In this document: one piece after another, positions 27,440 through 36,554 of the stretch | Position numbering within the stretch: the first letter of the stretch is position 1 | How the letters are laid out: every line of letters begins with the position of its first letter | Origin: an uncultured Ruminococcus sp. | GTDB taxonomy: Bacteria; Bacillota; Clostridia; Oscillospirales; Ruminococcaceae | Reading direction: 5' to 3' | NCBI GenBank assembly: GCA_947176345.1 | Contig: CAMWQI010000001.1 | Span: 1,900 to 65,899, forward strand | Length of the DNA: 64,000 nucleotides | Made by a program: the position numbers and the translations under genes | The notes under the pieces: model-generated | Seen by the model: the letters and a program-made list of their open reading frames with translations, nothing else | Database searches by the model: none | Told to the model about the DNA's origin: nothing

Positions 27440-28156
27440 ATGGACTTTTCATATAAAAACGTTTACAACAGTAAAAAGCACAAAGAATTTATGGACAGTC
27501 AGCGATATGTCATAGATGATAAATTTCTTTCTGAAACGGAAATTTATGAGTTGTCAGACGGTTTTTCACTTGAAATCAGTACCTATGAGGAAGAAAAACA
27601 AAGTAAAGGTCATACAGTACGCATTTCTGCACAGAAATCAACTTTGAAAAATGCAGACAGTACAATATATGAATACTATTGTTTTTATGACCATACAAGA
27701 CCGTTTACAGAAATTATACATCATAAAAATGGTCACAGATATTATGCGTTTCATATTGACCTGTATGGAATAAGTTATCTTGACGTTGATACTTTGGAAG
27801 TATACCATTATATTCCGGAGGGCTATAAACACGAAGAAAAACATATGTGTGGAGAGAGTTTTATAATAACAGATATTCACTATGACGAAAAATCAAATCT
27901 TATTGCATACGGCGGTTGTTACTGGGCTACTCCTTATGGTGTAATGGTCGGGGATTTTTCAGACCCTCTTAATTTCAATCCGCACCTTGTAAGTCTGCTT
28001 GATATTTTAGGCTTCGGATATTATTTGTATGATGATGTTGATTTCAAGGAATGGAAAGACAATAAACTATATATTATGTGTGACAGTGAAGAAAAATCTT
28101 TGAGTGCTGAAGAAATCAGAAAATCAATAAACGAATTAACAGAAAGGAATTTATGA
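27440..28156 (+). CDS. Hypothetical protein, tandem paralog 1 (238 aa)
   Basis: Begins 3 nt after the HAD stop. Shares blocks IIHHKNGHRYY, LDVDTLEVYHYIPEGYKH, VMVGDFSxPLNFNPHLVSL and DFKEWKDNKLY with the next ORF. No signal peptide or TM. No family recognised. Confidence 0.75.
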   Translation: MDFSYKNVYNSKKHKEFMDSQRYVIDDKFLSETEIYELSDGFSLEISTYEEEKQSKGHTVRISAQKSTLKNADSTIYEYYCFYDHTRPFTEIIHHKNGHRYYAFHIDLYGISYLDVDTLEVYHYIPEGYKHEEKHMCGESFIITDIHYDEKSNLIAYGGCYWATPYGVMVGDFSDPLNFNPHLVSLLDILGFGYYLYDDVDFKEWKDNKLYIMCDSEEKSLSAEEIRKSINELTERNL

Positions 28157-28887
28157 CTAAATTTTCATATAAAAATATTTATGGCAGTAAAAAATATAAT
28201 GAATTTATTGAAAGACAGCGTTATGTGATAAATGATAATTATTTTTACCAAACTGGAAAATGTGAGTTATCAGACGGATTTTCAGTTGAATATACTATTT
28301 ACGATGACAAAGAACAGAAAGAAAAGGGTTTTAGCATTACAAAAGCTGTCGGAGCAAAAATAATTCTTAGAAATAAAAAAAGAAAAGTATATGAATATTA
28401 TCGTTTCAATAGTTATGCTTACGGATTTAATGATATTATCCACCATAAAAATGGTCACAGATATTATCCGTTTCATGTTTATATGTACGGAATAAGTTTT
28501 CTTGATGTTGACACTTTGGAAGTATACCATTATATTCCCGAGGGCTATAAACATAATGATGACCGTATATGCGGAGTGTCTTTTTATATATATGATGTTC
28601 ACTATGACAGAAAATCAAATCTTATTGCTTATTATGGCAGTCATGTAGGAATGGTTTATGATGTTATGGTAGGTGATTTTTCAGAACCTCTTAACTTCAA
28701 TCCGCATCTTGTAAGCCTATATGATATTTTTAATAATGAATATGATGAGTTTGATTTCAAGGAATGGAAAGACAATAAATTATATGTTATGTGCCACGAT
28801 GAAGAAAAATCTTTGAGTGTTGAAAAAACTTTGAGTATCGATGAACTCAAAACTCTTATAAATGAATTAATCACGAAAGGAAAATAA
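28153..28887 (+). CDS. Hypothetical protein, tandem paralog 2 (244 aa)
   Basis: ATGA overlap with paralog 1. Roughly half-identical by eye, with invariant blocks. Confidence 0.75.
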   Translation: MTKFSYKNIYGSKKYNEFIERQRYVINDNYFYQTGKCELSDGFSVEYTIYDDKEQKEKGFSITKAVGAKIILRNKKRKVYEYYRFNSYAYGFNDIIHHKNGHRYYPFHVYMYGISFLDVDTLEVYHYIPEGYKHNDDRICGVSFYIYDVHYDRKSNLIAYYGSHVGMVYDVMVGDFSEPLNFNPHLVSLYDIFNNEYDEFDFKEWKDNKLYVMCHDEEKSLSVEKTLSIDELKTLINELITKGK

Positions 28888-28889
28888 AA

Positions 28890-30620
28890 ATGAAAAAATT
28901 AATGTTAGGAAATGAAGCTTTTGCAAGAGGACTTTATGAGGCAGGATGCAGGATAGTATCAAGTTATCCTGGTACGCCGTCAACCGAAATTACAGAAGAA
29001 ATTGCTAAATATGATGAAGTTTATGCCGAATGGTCACCGAATGAAAAAGTAGCTCTGGAAGTTGCATTAGGTGCGTCAATAGCCGGTGCAAGAAGTTTCT
29101 GTGGTATGAAACACGTCGGTTTGAATGTAGCTGCTGACCCGTTATATACAGCGTCATACAGCGGAGTTAATGCCGGACTTGTTATAGCCGTTGCAGATGA
29201 CCAGGGTATGCACTCATCACAGAATGAACAGGACAGCAGACATCATGCTATAGCCTCAAAAGTTCCCATGCTTGAACCTTCCGACAGTGCAGAATGTAAG
29301 GATTTTGTAAAACTGGCGTTTGAAATTTCCGAAAATTTTGATACTCCGGTTATCGTGAGAATGTCAACCCGTGTGGCACATTCACAAAGTATAGTTGAGG
29401 CGTTGGAACGTCAGGAACTTGAGCTAAAAGAATACACCAAAAATCCACAGAAATATGTCATGATGCCGGCTTATGCAAAGGGAAGACACGTTTTTGTTGA
29501 GGAACGTACAAAAAAACTTACTGAATATGCTGAAACTTCACCACTGAACAGGGTTGAAATTTCCGAAAATGCAAAGTTTGGTGTAATAACCAACGGTGCG
29601 TGTTATCAGTATACTAAAGAGGCACTTGGAGACAAGGCATCTGTTTTAAAACTTGGTATGGTTAATCCAATGCCTGTTAAACTTATTCAGGACTTTGCAG
29701 AAAAATATGAAAAAATTTACATAATAGAAGAACTTGATGGCATTATTGAAAATCACTGTCGGAATATAGGTGTGAATAATATTCAGGGTAAGGAAATTTT
29801 CGGCTATATAGGAGAACTTCCGCAGTCTGTCATTGCTGAAAAACTTCTCAATGAAAAGAAAGATTATTCTGAATTTTCTGAAAATATTCCAATGAGACCG
29901 CCTGTTATGTGTGCAGGCTGTCCGCATCGTGGCTTGTTCTACTGTCTGAAAAAACTGGGTGTGACAGTTTCCGGAGATATAGGGTGCTATACACTGGGTG
30001 CGGTTGCACCACTCAACGCTATGGATACTACTATCTGTATGGGTGCATCAATATCGGCACTTCACGGATTTAATAAGGCACGTGGTTCGGAATCTGAACA
30101 CAAAAGTGTTGCAGTTATTGGAGACTCAACTTTCATGCACAGCGGAATGACCGGTCTTGTAAATATAGCCTATAATAATTCAAATTCGACTGTTATTATC
30201 CTTGACAACTCAATCACCGGCATGACGGGTCACCAGCAGAACCCCACAACCGGCAAGAACTTAAAAGGTGACCCTGCATATGCCGTAAATCTTGAGGAAC
30301 TCTGTAAATCTTTAGGCATAAAACGTGTTCGGGTGGTTGACCCTTATTGTCTTGCCGAAACTGAAAAAGCCATAAAAGAGGAACTTGTCTCAGATGAAGC
30401 ATCTGTAATTATATCACGCCGTCCGTGTGCATTGCTAAAATATGTCAAGCATAATCCGCCGTTTGCGGTTGACAGTGAAAAGTGCATAGGCTGTAAGGCT
30501 TGCATGAAGTTAGGCTGTCCGGCAATTTCAATCAAGGACAAAAAAGCTGTTATAGACCATACACAGTGCGTGGGTTGCGGTATATGTCAGGAACAGTGCA
30601 AATTTAATGCTATCAAATGA
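28890..30620 (+). CDS. iorA: Indolepyruvate:ferredoxin oxidoreductase alpha subunit
   Basis: 576 aa. N-terminus MLGNEAFARGLYEAG...SSYPGTPSTEI, TPP-binding GDSTFMHSG, and C-terminal 2x[4Fe-4S] motifs CIGCKAC...CP and CVGCGICQEQC. Confidence 0.9.
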   Translation: MKKLMLGNEAFARGLYEAGCRIVSSYPGTPSTEITEEIAKYDEVYAEWSPNEKVALEVALGASIAGARSFCGMKHVGLNVAADPLYTASYSGVNAGLVIAVADDQGMHSSQNEQDSRHHAIASKVPMLEPSDSAECKDFVKLAFEISENFDTPVIVRMSTRVAHSQSIVEALERQELELKEYTKNPQKYVMMPAYAKGRHVFVEERTKKLTEYAETSPLNRVEISENAKFGVITNGACYQYTKEALGDKASVLKLGMVNPMPVKLIQDFAEKYEKIYIIEELDGIIENHCRNIGVNNIQGKEIFGYIGELPQSVIAEKLLNEKKDYSEFSENIPMRPPVMCAGCPHRGLFYCLKKLGVTVSGDIGCYTLGAVAPLNAMDTTICMGASISALHGFNKARGSESEHKSVAVIGDSTFMHSGMTGLVNIAYNNSNSTVIILDNSITGMTGHQQNPTTGKNLKGDPAYAVNLEELCKSLGIKRVRVVDPYCLAETEKAIKEELVSDEASVIISRRPCALLKYVKHNPPFAVDSEKCIGCKACMKLGCPAISIKDKKAVIDHTQCVGCGICQEQCKFNAIK

Positions 30621-31129
30621 TGAACGGAAATATTATAGAGTTAAGTTATTCGTATTATTTTGGTGACAGTTCGCATTTTCTTATCTGGTATGAAGATGAG
30701 AATAACGAAAATCGTGTATATAATTCTGGCGGAAAGGTAATAAGTTTTTATTCGGATGAAACGGCACGGCAGAAAGCAGGAGAACTTAATATTAATATAA
30801 CAGATACCTGTTATTACGACGTGGAAAGGCTTATTTATTGGTTCTCAATGCACCAGAAAGAAATAGATTGTTGTTTTCTGATTGACTTCTGGAATATGTT
30901 TTCGGACATTGCGAACTCCGTCGGAAAAGAACTTGAACCCGTAAAAACAAGGCGTATTAACCGGTGTTATAATAAACTTTTCTGGGGACTTAATCTACCT
31001 GTCGTTACTCCGGAGGACTGCGAATATGAACCGATTTTCACGAAAAGGGAAAGAAAATTAATCAGGGAAATTATGCGTACTGGACTTGAAATCTTTGAAA
31101 AAAATTATGAATGGGAGAAAGATATATGA
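30617..31129 (+). CDS. Hypothetical protein (170 aa) inserted between iorA and iorB
   Basis: ATGA overlap with the iorA stop. Cytoplasmic, aromatic-rich, AT-rich coding sequence. No family recognised. Confidence 0.7.
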   Translation: MMNGNIIELSYSYYFGDSSHFLIWYEDENNENRVYNSGGKVISFYSDETARQKAGELNINITDTCYYDVERLIYWFSMHQKEIDCCFLIDFWNMFSDIANSVGKELEPVKTRRINRCYNKLFWGLNLPVVTPEDCEYEPIFTKRERKLIREIMRTGLEIFEKNYEWEKDI

Positions 31130-31515
31130 CTGAAAATTATGACGAAATTTACAGCAGTTTTAAAGAATGGCTTGACAATCTGCTTGAAAATAACGATATG
31201 CCGGCTGATACAAAGGCTTTTAACTTCAATCTCTATGATGAGGGAGACGAAGTTTTCAGCGTACAGCTTATAGCGTCGGATAGATTTGCCCCTGACGACG
31301 AAGACTGGGCTTGTTGTGAAATATGGTCATCGAAAGAAGATATTTTCTGTATAAGTGCTTCTGACGAGGAGGACAAGAGCGGTGAAACTTTTCAAAATTT
31401 TGTATCTGATATGGTTATAGATTATATTGCAAAAAGCGATATTCTCAGCAGTGTGCCTGTCGGCATAGGATTTGTTGACGGAGATTTAAATATTATCTTC
31501 ATACCTGAAAATTAA
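31126..31515 (+). CDS. Hypothetical acidic protein (129 aa) inserted between iorA and iorB
   Basis: The ATG at 31126 follows GGGAGAAAG and makes an ATGA overlap with the preceding stop. Sequence MTENYDEIYSSFKEWLDNLLENNDMP... No family recognised. Confidence 0.7.
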   Translation: MTENYDEIYSSFKEWLDNLLENNDMPADTKAFNFNLYDEGDEVFSVQLIASDRFAPDDEDWACCEIWSSKEDIFCISASDEEDKSGETFQNFVSDMVIDYIAKSDILSSVPVGIGFVDGDLNIIFIPEN

Positions 31516-31528
31516 GGAGTTTTATTAT

Positions 31529-32104
31529 ATGGAAACAAAATCAATTATGATAGTCGGCGTGGGCGGACAAGGTTCATTGCTTGCATCAAGAATTATAGGA
31601 AATGTACTTCTTTCACAGGGGTACGATGTTAAAGTAAGCGAAGTACATGGAATGTCACAGCGTGGGGGTTCTGTCGTAACGTATGTAAAATATGGTGAAA
31701 AAGTCTATTCACCGATTGTTGAAAAGGGTGAGGCGGATATAATTATATCTTTTGAAATGCTTGAATCAGCAAGAGCCTTGCCGTATCTCAAAAAAGGCGG
31801 ACACCTGATAACGTCTGTCCAAAGGATAGACCCCATGCCCGTTATAACTGGTATGGCTGAATATCCGGAAAATATCGTTGAAAAACTTACCGGAGCAGGT
31901 GCGGACGTTACGGCGGTTGACGCCTTAAGTCTTGCGGAACAGGCAGGAACTTCAAAGGCATCAAATGTTGTACTTATGGGTGTGCTTGCATCAAAGATGG
32001 ATTTTCCGGAAGAAGTTTGGCAGAATGCACTTGAAAAGTGTGTACCACCTAAATTCCTTGAACTCAATAAAAAGGCTTTTGCACTTGGTTTGCAGAATGT
32101 ATGA
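31529..32104 (+). CDS. iorB: Indolepyruvate:ferredoxin oxidoreductase beta subunit
   Basis: 191 aa. IMIVGVGGQGSLLASRIIG motif typical of the IorB/gamma-type subunit. TAAGGAG RBS. Confidence 0.9.
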   Translation: METKSIMIVGVGGQGSLLASRIIGNVLLSQGYDVKVSEVHGMSQRGGSVVTYVKYGEKVYSPIVEKGEADIIISFEMLESARALPYLKKGGHLITSVQRIDPMPVITGMAEYPENIVEKLTGAGADVTAVDALSLAEQAGTSKASNVVLMGVLASKMDFPEEVWQNALEKCVPPKFLELNKKAFALGLQNV

Positions 32105-32571
32105 TTACACCTTTTGATAGTATTATAGCATTGGAAATCATTGACATGATAAACAATATTTCATACAGTGAGATTATTATTTCTGTCACACAGCAATGCT
32201 TTACTGATAATACTTTCAGAGCTGATACTGTCTTTGAAATCAGTTCCGCTTATGAATTGTGGGTTTATGCCTGTATATATGATGATATTTTGAATAATAA
32301 TGATTATTCGACTTACTGTTCATACAACGGAGAGGGTTATTCTGACGAATATATTTCAGCCCGTTTGCTTATGAAATGCGAACTTCTTACGGGAACATCA
32401 GTTTATAATATTCAGGAAATTATCCCGAATATAGTTAAATCCCTTGAATATATGATGGGAATTGAATGTCATTCTGAGCTTATGGAATATATGAAATCAA
32501 AGAATATTGAAGAAGAATTTAAAAGTACTGTAATTAATTTACAGAATAATCTAAAAAAACGTATAAAATAA
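32101..32571 (+). CDS. Hypothetical protein (156 aa) inserted between iorB and paaK
   Basis: ATGA overlap with the iorB stop. Cytoplasmic, acidic. No family recognised. Confidence 0.7.
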   Translation: MITPFDSIIALEIIDMINNISYSEIIISVTQQCFTDNTFRADTVFEISSAYELWVYACIYDDILNNNDYSTYCSYNGEGYSDEYISARLLMKCELLTGTSVYNIQEIIPNIVKSLEYMMGIECHSELMEYMKSKNIEEEFKSTVINLQNNLKKRIK

Positions 32572-32590
32572 AAGGAGGTCTTTTTTAGCA

Positions 32591-33892
32591 ATGGAAAGAT
32601 ACTGGAATGGAGAAATTGAATGTATGTCCCGTGAGAACATGAAGAAGTTACAGGACGAAAGACTTGTGGCACAGGTAAAGCACGTCTATGAAAATGTGCC
32701 TTATTACCGCAATCTTATGGACGAAAAGGGTGTAACTCCGGACGATATAAAGTCCACAGAGGATTTGCATAAACTGCCGTTTTTAAGTAAGGCTGATTTG
32801 CGTGATGCTTACCCATACGGACTTCTTGCAAAACCCTTGTCCGAATGTGTGAGAATACAGTCCACAAGCGGTACAACCGGCAGACGTGTTGTAGCATTCT
32901 ATACACAGCACGATATTGATTTATGGGAAGACTGCTGTGCAAGAGCCATTACAGCGGCTGGCGGTACTAATGAAGATGTATGTCAGGTGTGCTATGGTTA
33001 CGGACTTTTCACGGGTGGTCCTGGACTGAATGGCGGTTCACATAAAGTAGGCTGTCTCACACTGCCCATGTCGTCGGGAAATACCGAAAGACAGATACAA
33101 TTCATGCGTGATTTAGGCTCAACAATTCTGTGCTGTACACCGTCATATGCCGCATATATCGGAGAAACTCTCCATGATATGGGCTTTACTCCCGACGATA
33201 TAAAGCTGAAAGCCGGCATTTTCGGTGCTGAACCATGGACAGAAGAAATGCGACGTTCTATTGAAAAATCTTTAGGCATAAAGGCTTATGATATTTACGG
33301 ACTTACCGAAACAAGCGGTCCTGGTGTATCGTTTGAGTGTTCCGAACAGACAGGTATGCACATAAATGAAGACCATTTTATTCCCGAAATAATAAATCCT
33401 GAAACTGAAGAAGTTTTACCGGACGGCGAAGTGGGCGAACTTGTTTTCACAAGTATAACTAAAGAGGCATTCCCACTCTTGAGATACAGAACACGTGATT
33501 TATGCGTACTCTCACGGAAAAAGTGTTCATGCGGACGTACTCTTATTAAGATGTCGAAACCAATGGGCAGAAGTGATGATATGCTTATTATCAGGGGTGT
33601 TAATGTTTTTCCCAGCCAGATAGAAACAGTCCTTATTGAACAGGGCTATACACCAAACTATCTTATAGAGGTTGACCGTGTGAATAATTCCGATACTCTT
33701 GATATAAGCGTTGAAATGAATCCAGAACAGATTTCCGACAATGATATTCAGGACAAGGAAAGAAAACTTGCCGGAGCTATCAGGACTATGTTAGGAATAA
33801 GCCCGAAAGTACATCTTGTTCCGCCTAAATCTATCACAAGAAGTGAGGGAAAGGCTGTACGTGTTATTGATAAGCGGAAATTACACGACTAA
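32591..33892 (+). CDS. paaK: Phenylacetate-CoA ligase
   Basis: 433 aa. MERYWNGEIECMSRENMKKLQDERL, STSGTTGRRVV (AMP-binding P-loop), YGLTETSGPGV and RYRTRD motifs. Confidence 0.9.
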   Translation: MERYWNGEIECMSRENMKKLQDERLVAQVKHVYENVPYYRNLMDEKGVTPDDIKSTEDLHKLPFLSKADLRDAYPYGLLAKPLSECVRIQSTSGTTGRRVVAFYTQHDIDLWEDCCARAITAAGGTNEDVCQVCYGYGLFTGGPGLNGGSHKVGCLTLPMSSGNTERQIQFMRDLGSTILCCTPSYAAYIGETLHDMGFTPDDIKLKAGIFGAEPWTEEMRRSIEKSLGIKAYDIYGLTETSGPGVSFECSEQTGMHINEDHFIPEIINPETEEVLPDGEVGELVFTSITKEAFPLLRYRTRDLCVLSRKKCSCGRTLIKMSKPMGRSDDMLIIRGVNVFPSQIETVLIEQGYTPNYLIEVDRVNNSDTLDISVEMNPEQISDNDIQDKERKLAGAIRTMLGISPKVHLVPPKSITRSEGKAVRVIDKRKLHD

Positions 33893-33904
33893 GAGAGATT
33901 TATT

Positions 33905-34681
33905 GTGAAAGTAAAATTATTTTCGTCGAAAACAATTAATACTATTATTCCTTTATTAGCTGTTATGATGTTTTTTTTGGAGGGCTGTTCGTTTCTCAAA
34001 CTTAAAAAAGATGAATATCCAGATTATAATTCAGAGCTTGCAAAAGAAGTGATATTGTCATATCTTACTGAAAAATACGATAAAGAGTTCTCAATAATTA
34101 ATGAGCCAAAAAAAATGACAGATACAATTCTTTTCGGAAATGTTTGGTATACATATGAAATTATGGTGAAAGATGACAAGAATAATGAAAATTCAGATAT
34201 ATATGAAGTTCATGTTGAATATGAAAATGGAGAATACAATGTTTTAGGTGATACATTTTTAAATTATTATTACGAAAAATTATTTCATGAATATACAGAC
34301 CCTATTATAGCAGACTGCATGGGAGAAATACCCTATTTTACCATTTTTGTTTCAGCAACAACAAATGAGAAAGATTTTGCTCCAACAGAAAAAATTCCAG
34401 AAAGCAAGAATGATTTATCAAATTGTTTTAGCAATATAAATTTTCATATACTGATTCCACAAACTTATGATAATGATAAAATACCATCAATATGTAGTTC
34501 TTTGTATACAGCACTTGAAAATGAATATTTCAATGTCTTTATGGGTAGGGTAACGATATATTCAGATGATAACTTTAATGATATTGTTTCGGCTGAAAAT
34601 CCATATAGTGTTTATATTGAAAAGCCATGGTTGAATTCTTATAATATTGAACTTCGGAGGTGTTTTTATGGAAAATCCTAA
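33905..34681 (+). CDS. Hypothetical lipoprotein (258 aa)
   Basis: GTG start 12 nt after the paaK stop. Signal peptide with lipobox FFLEGC. AT-rich. No family recognised. Confidence 0.65.
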   Translation: MKVKLFSSKTINTIIPLLAVMMFFLEGCSFLKLKKDEYPDYNSELAKEVILSYLTEKYDKEFSIINEPKKMTDTILFGNVWYTYEIMVKDDKNNENSDIYEVHVEYENGEYNVLGDTFLNYYYEKLFHEYTDPIIADCMGEIPYFTIFVSATTNEKDFAPTEKIPESKNDLSNCFSNINFHILIPQTYDNDKIPSICSSLYTALENEYFNVFMGRVTIYSDDNFNDIVSAENPYSVYIEKPWLNSYNIELRRCFYGKS

Positions 34682-35381
34682 CAAATCAAGTATGGAAATA
34701 ACCCTTACCGACACAAAACCGTCAATTTTTGAAAGTAAAGTCGGTGGTATAGGCTATATTCCGCATGACAAAAATTTCCCGACAGACAGCAACGGCAATC
34801 AGTTGAGACTTCTTGCACAGATAGACTGTTCAGAAATTCAGCTTGATGAGTTTCCGAAAAAGGGACTTTTGCAGTTCTGGCTTGCCGGTGATGACCTTTA
34901 TGGTTGTGACTTTGATAATCCTACAAAACAGGACGATTTCAGGGTGATATACTATCCGGAAATCGATACAACAGTTACAGAGGAAGAAATAAAAAGCAAG
35001 TTTGTACATAATGAAACAGATGATGACGATTTTTACACACCGGTATGTTCTGAATGTGGTATGAGTTTTGAGCCGTCCGAAGACCGATATATTGACTATG
35101 ACGCTATCGAAGAAGATTATGATGAAGAAGAAGACTCATATGACGACGAAAGATGGACGGAAAATTTCTATTCCAAAGTCGGCGGTTATCCAACATTCAC
35201 ACAGTACGAACCACGAAACGAAGAACAGCAGGAAAAATATGATTTTCTCTTACTCCAGCTTGATTCAAAATGGGAAAAAATTCTGTGGGGCGATATGGGT
35301 ATAGGCAACTTCTTTATCAGTTCTGAAAAACTTAAAAAGTGTGATTTCAGCGACGTTCTCTATAACTGGGATTGCGGTTAA
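34668..35381 (+). CDS. DUF1963 / YwqG-family protein
   Basis: The ATG at 34668 follows CGGAGGTG and overlaps the upstream ORF by 14 nt. Contains SKVGGIGYIP...LLAQIDC...LLQFW...SKVGGYPTFTQ...WGDMGIGNFFIS, the typical DUF1963 pattern as I remember it. Confidence 0.8.
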   Translation: MENPNKSSMEITLTDTKPSIFESKVGGIGYIPHDKNFPTDSNGNQLRLLAQIDCSEIQLDEFPKKGLLQFWLAGDDLYGCDFDNPTKQDDFRVIYYPEIDTTVTEEEIKSKFVHNETDDDDFYTPVCSECGMSFEPSEDRYIDYDAIEEDYDEEEDSYDDERWTENFYSKVGGYPTFTQYEPRNEEQQEKYDFLLLQLDSKWEKILWGDMGIGNFFISSEKLKKCDFSDVLYNWDCG

Positions 35382-35479
35382 TCCGGAGCAGGTATTATTC
35401 AGCTTACCGAAAATGACATTGCAGAAATGTGACAAATGCACAAATAACTTTATGTTTTATGAAAATTTTCTGAAAACAC

Positions 35480-35509
35480 TTGACAAAGTATGTAGTTATA
35501 GTGTATAAT
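35480..35509 (+). promoter_or_regulatory. Putative sigma-A promoter
   Basis: TTGACA 35480-35485, 18-nt spacer ending in TG, TATAAT 35504-35509. Confidence 0.5.
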
Positions 35510-35555
35510 TATAAATACAATAATTTAAAAAAATTTTTTGTAGGAGTGATATGAC

Positions 35556-35987
35556 ATGGGTATTATCGATAAATTCAACGACGCTCAGAGAGTTGTCGCT
35601 GAAAAATCGAAAACTGCTGCGGAGGTAAGCAACCTTAAAAGAAAAATTCTTTATGAGGAAGAGAGAATTGTAGAAATCTTTGCCGACATCGGTAAGAAAT
35701 ACTATAAAAATCCTAATGATGACCCCGCAAGCTTTAAAATTCTTTGCGACGACATCGATACAAGAAGAAGAAGAATCAAGAGAATGAGATATGAACTCAA
35801 CAACATCAAGGGCTATAAAATCTGCCCGAAATGTGATGCAGAAGTCAATGACCGTTTCCAGTTCTGCGGACGTTGCGGTGCAAGACTTCCTGAAATTGAC
35901 GATACTGATTTCACTTCCCTTGAACCTAATGACTACTACACAGAAAGCAGTAATAATGTATTTAATGCCGACTCTACTATAAAGTGA
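35556..35987 (+). CDS. Zinc-ribbon domain protein with N-terminal coiled-coil-like region
   Basis: 143 aa with CPKCDAEVNDRFQFCGRCGARL (CxxC...CxxC). GGAG RBS. Confidence 0.7.
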   Translation: MGIIDKFNDAQRVVAEKSKTAAEVSNLKRKILYEEERIVEIFADIGKKYYKNPNDDPASFKILCDDIDTRRRRIKRMRYELNNIKGYKICPKCDAEVNDRFQFCGRCGARLPEIDDTDFTSLEPNDYYTESSNNVFNADSTIK

Positions 35988-36020
35988 GCCTCAAAAACGA
36001 CAAAGTAAATTAACATTATA

Positions 36021-36058
36021 AAAGGCTGTCCTGATATAATCGGAACAGCCTGTTTTTT
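36021..36058 (+). terminator. Intrinsic terminator
   Basis: Stem GGCTGTCC/GGAACAGCC (one bulge), followed by TGTTTTTT. Confidence 0.6.
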
Positions 36059-36064
36059 AGGATA

Positions 36065-36460
36065 TTATGAAATTTGTTCTCCGGTGGTGAATTTCCGGTG
36101 AATGATACGGCAAAGATAATATGCAGGTATGCAAAGCAGAAACCAGTAACACGAAAATAAAAGGCATATCTGTCCGGAAACATTGAACGGCATACCGGAG
36201 TAATCCCATACATTCCAGTGCATAATAATATTATCAAATACTCCCACTGTAAACTCTATCGCCGTTATTATCACAGACCCGATAAAACAGCTTTTTATAA
36301 GAGTCATTGTTTTGCGGTTATTGAGTGTATACAGTATCATCAGTATCAGACCGCCGGTAAGCGACATAGTCCAGTGGGTGTAGCCACGATTGATTATTTC
36401 GATAAGGCTATAGATAAAATACCCCATCAGAAACGAAAAAAAATGCTGGGCAAATTTCAT
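36065..36460 (-). CDS. Small multi-pass membrane protein (CmpB / 'putative ABC-transporter type IV' family-like)
   Basis: 131 aa with 4 TM helices and a WNVWDYSGMPFNVSGQICL motif that I associate with that family. Unverified. Confidence 0.65.
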   Translation of the reverse strand: MKFAQHFFSFLMGYFIYSLIEIINRGYTHWTMSLTGGLILMILYTLNNRKTMTLIKSCFIGSVIITAIEFTVGVFDNIIMHWNVWDYSGMPFNVSGQICLLFSCYWFLLCIPAYYLCRIIHRKFTTGEQIS

Positions 36461-36554
36461 TATTAAGTAACCTCGTTTCGTTTTTATGGTATTATATACA
36501 GGTTATGGCTGAATTATACAGATTATCAGAATATAAAAATGAAAGGTGAATTTT

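Noticed and set aside
27638-28602. Minus-strand ORFs (80, 106 and 60 aa) inside the tandem paralogs
   Set aside because: Antisense shadow ORFs in AT-rich coding DNA. Their duplication simply mirrors the plus-strand paralogy.
35412-35507. 31-codon ORF (MTLQKCDKCTNNF...) in the intergenic region before the zinc-ribbon gene
   Set aside because: It has no Shine-Dalgarno sequence and it overlaps the predicted promoter of the downstream gene.
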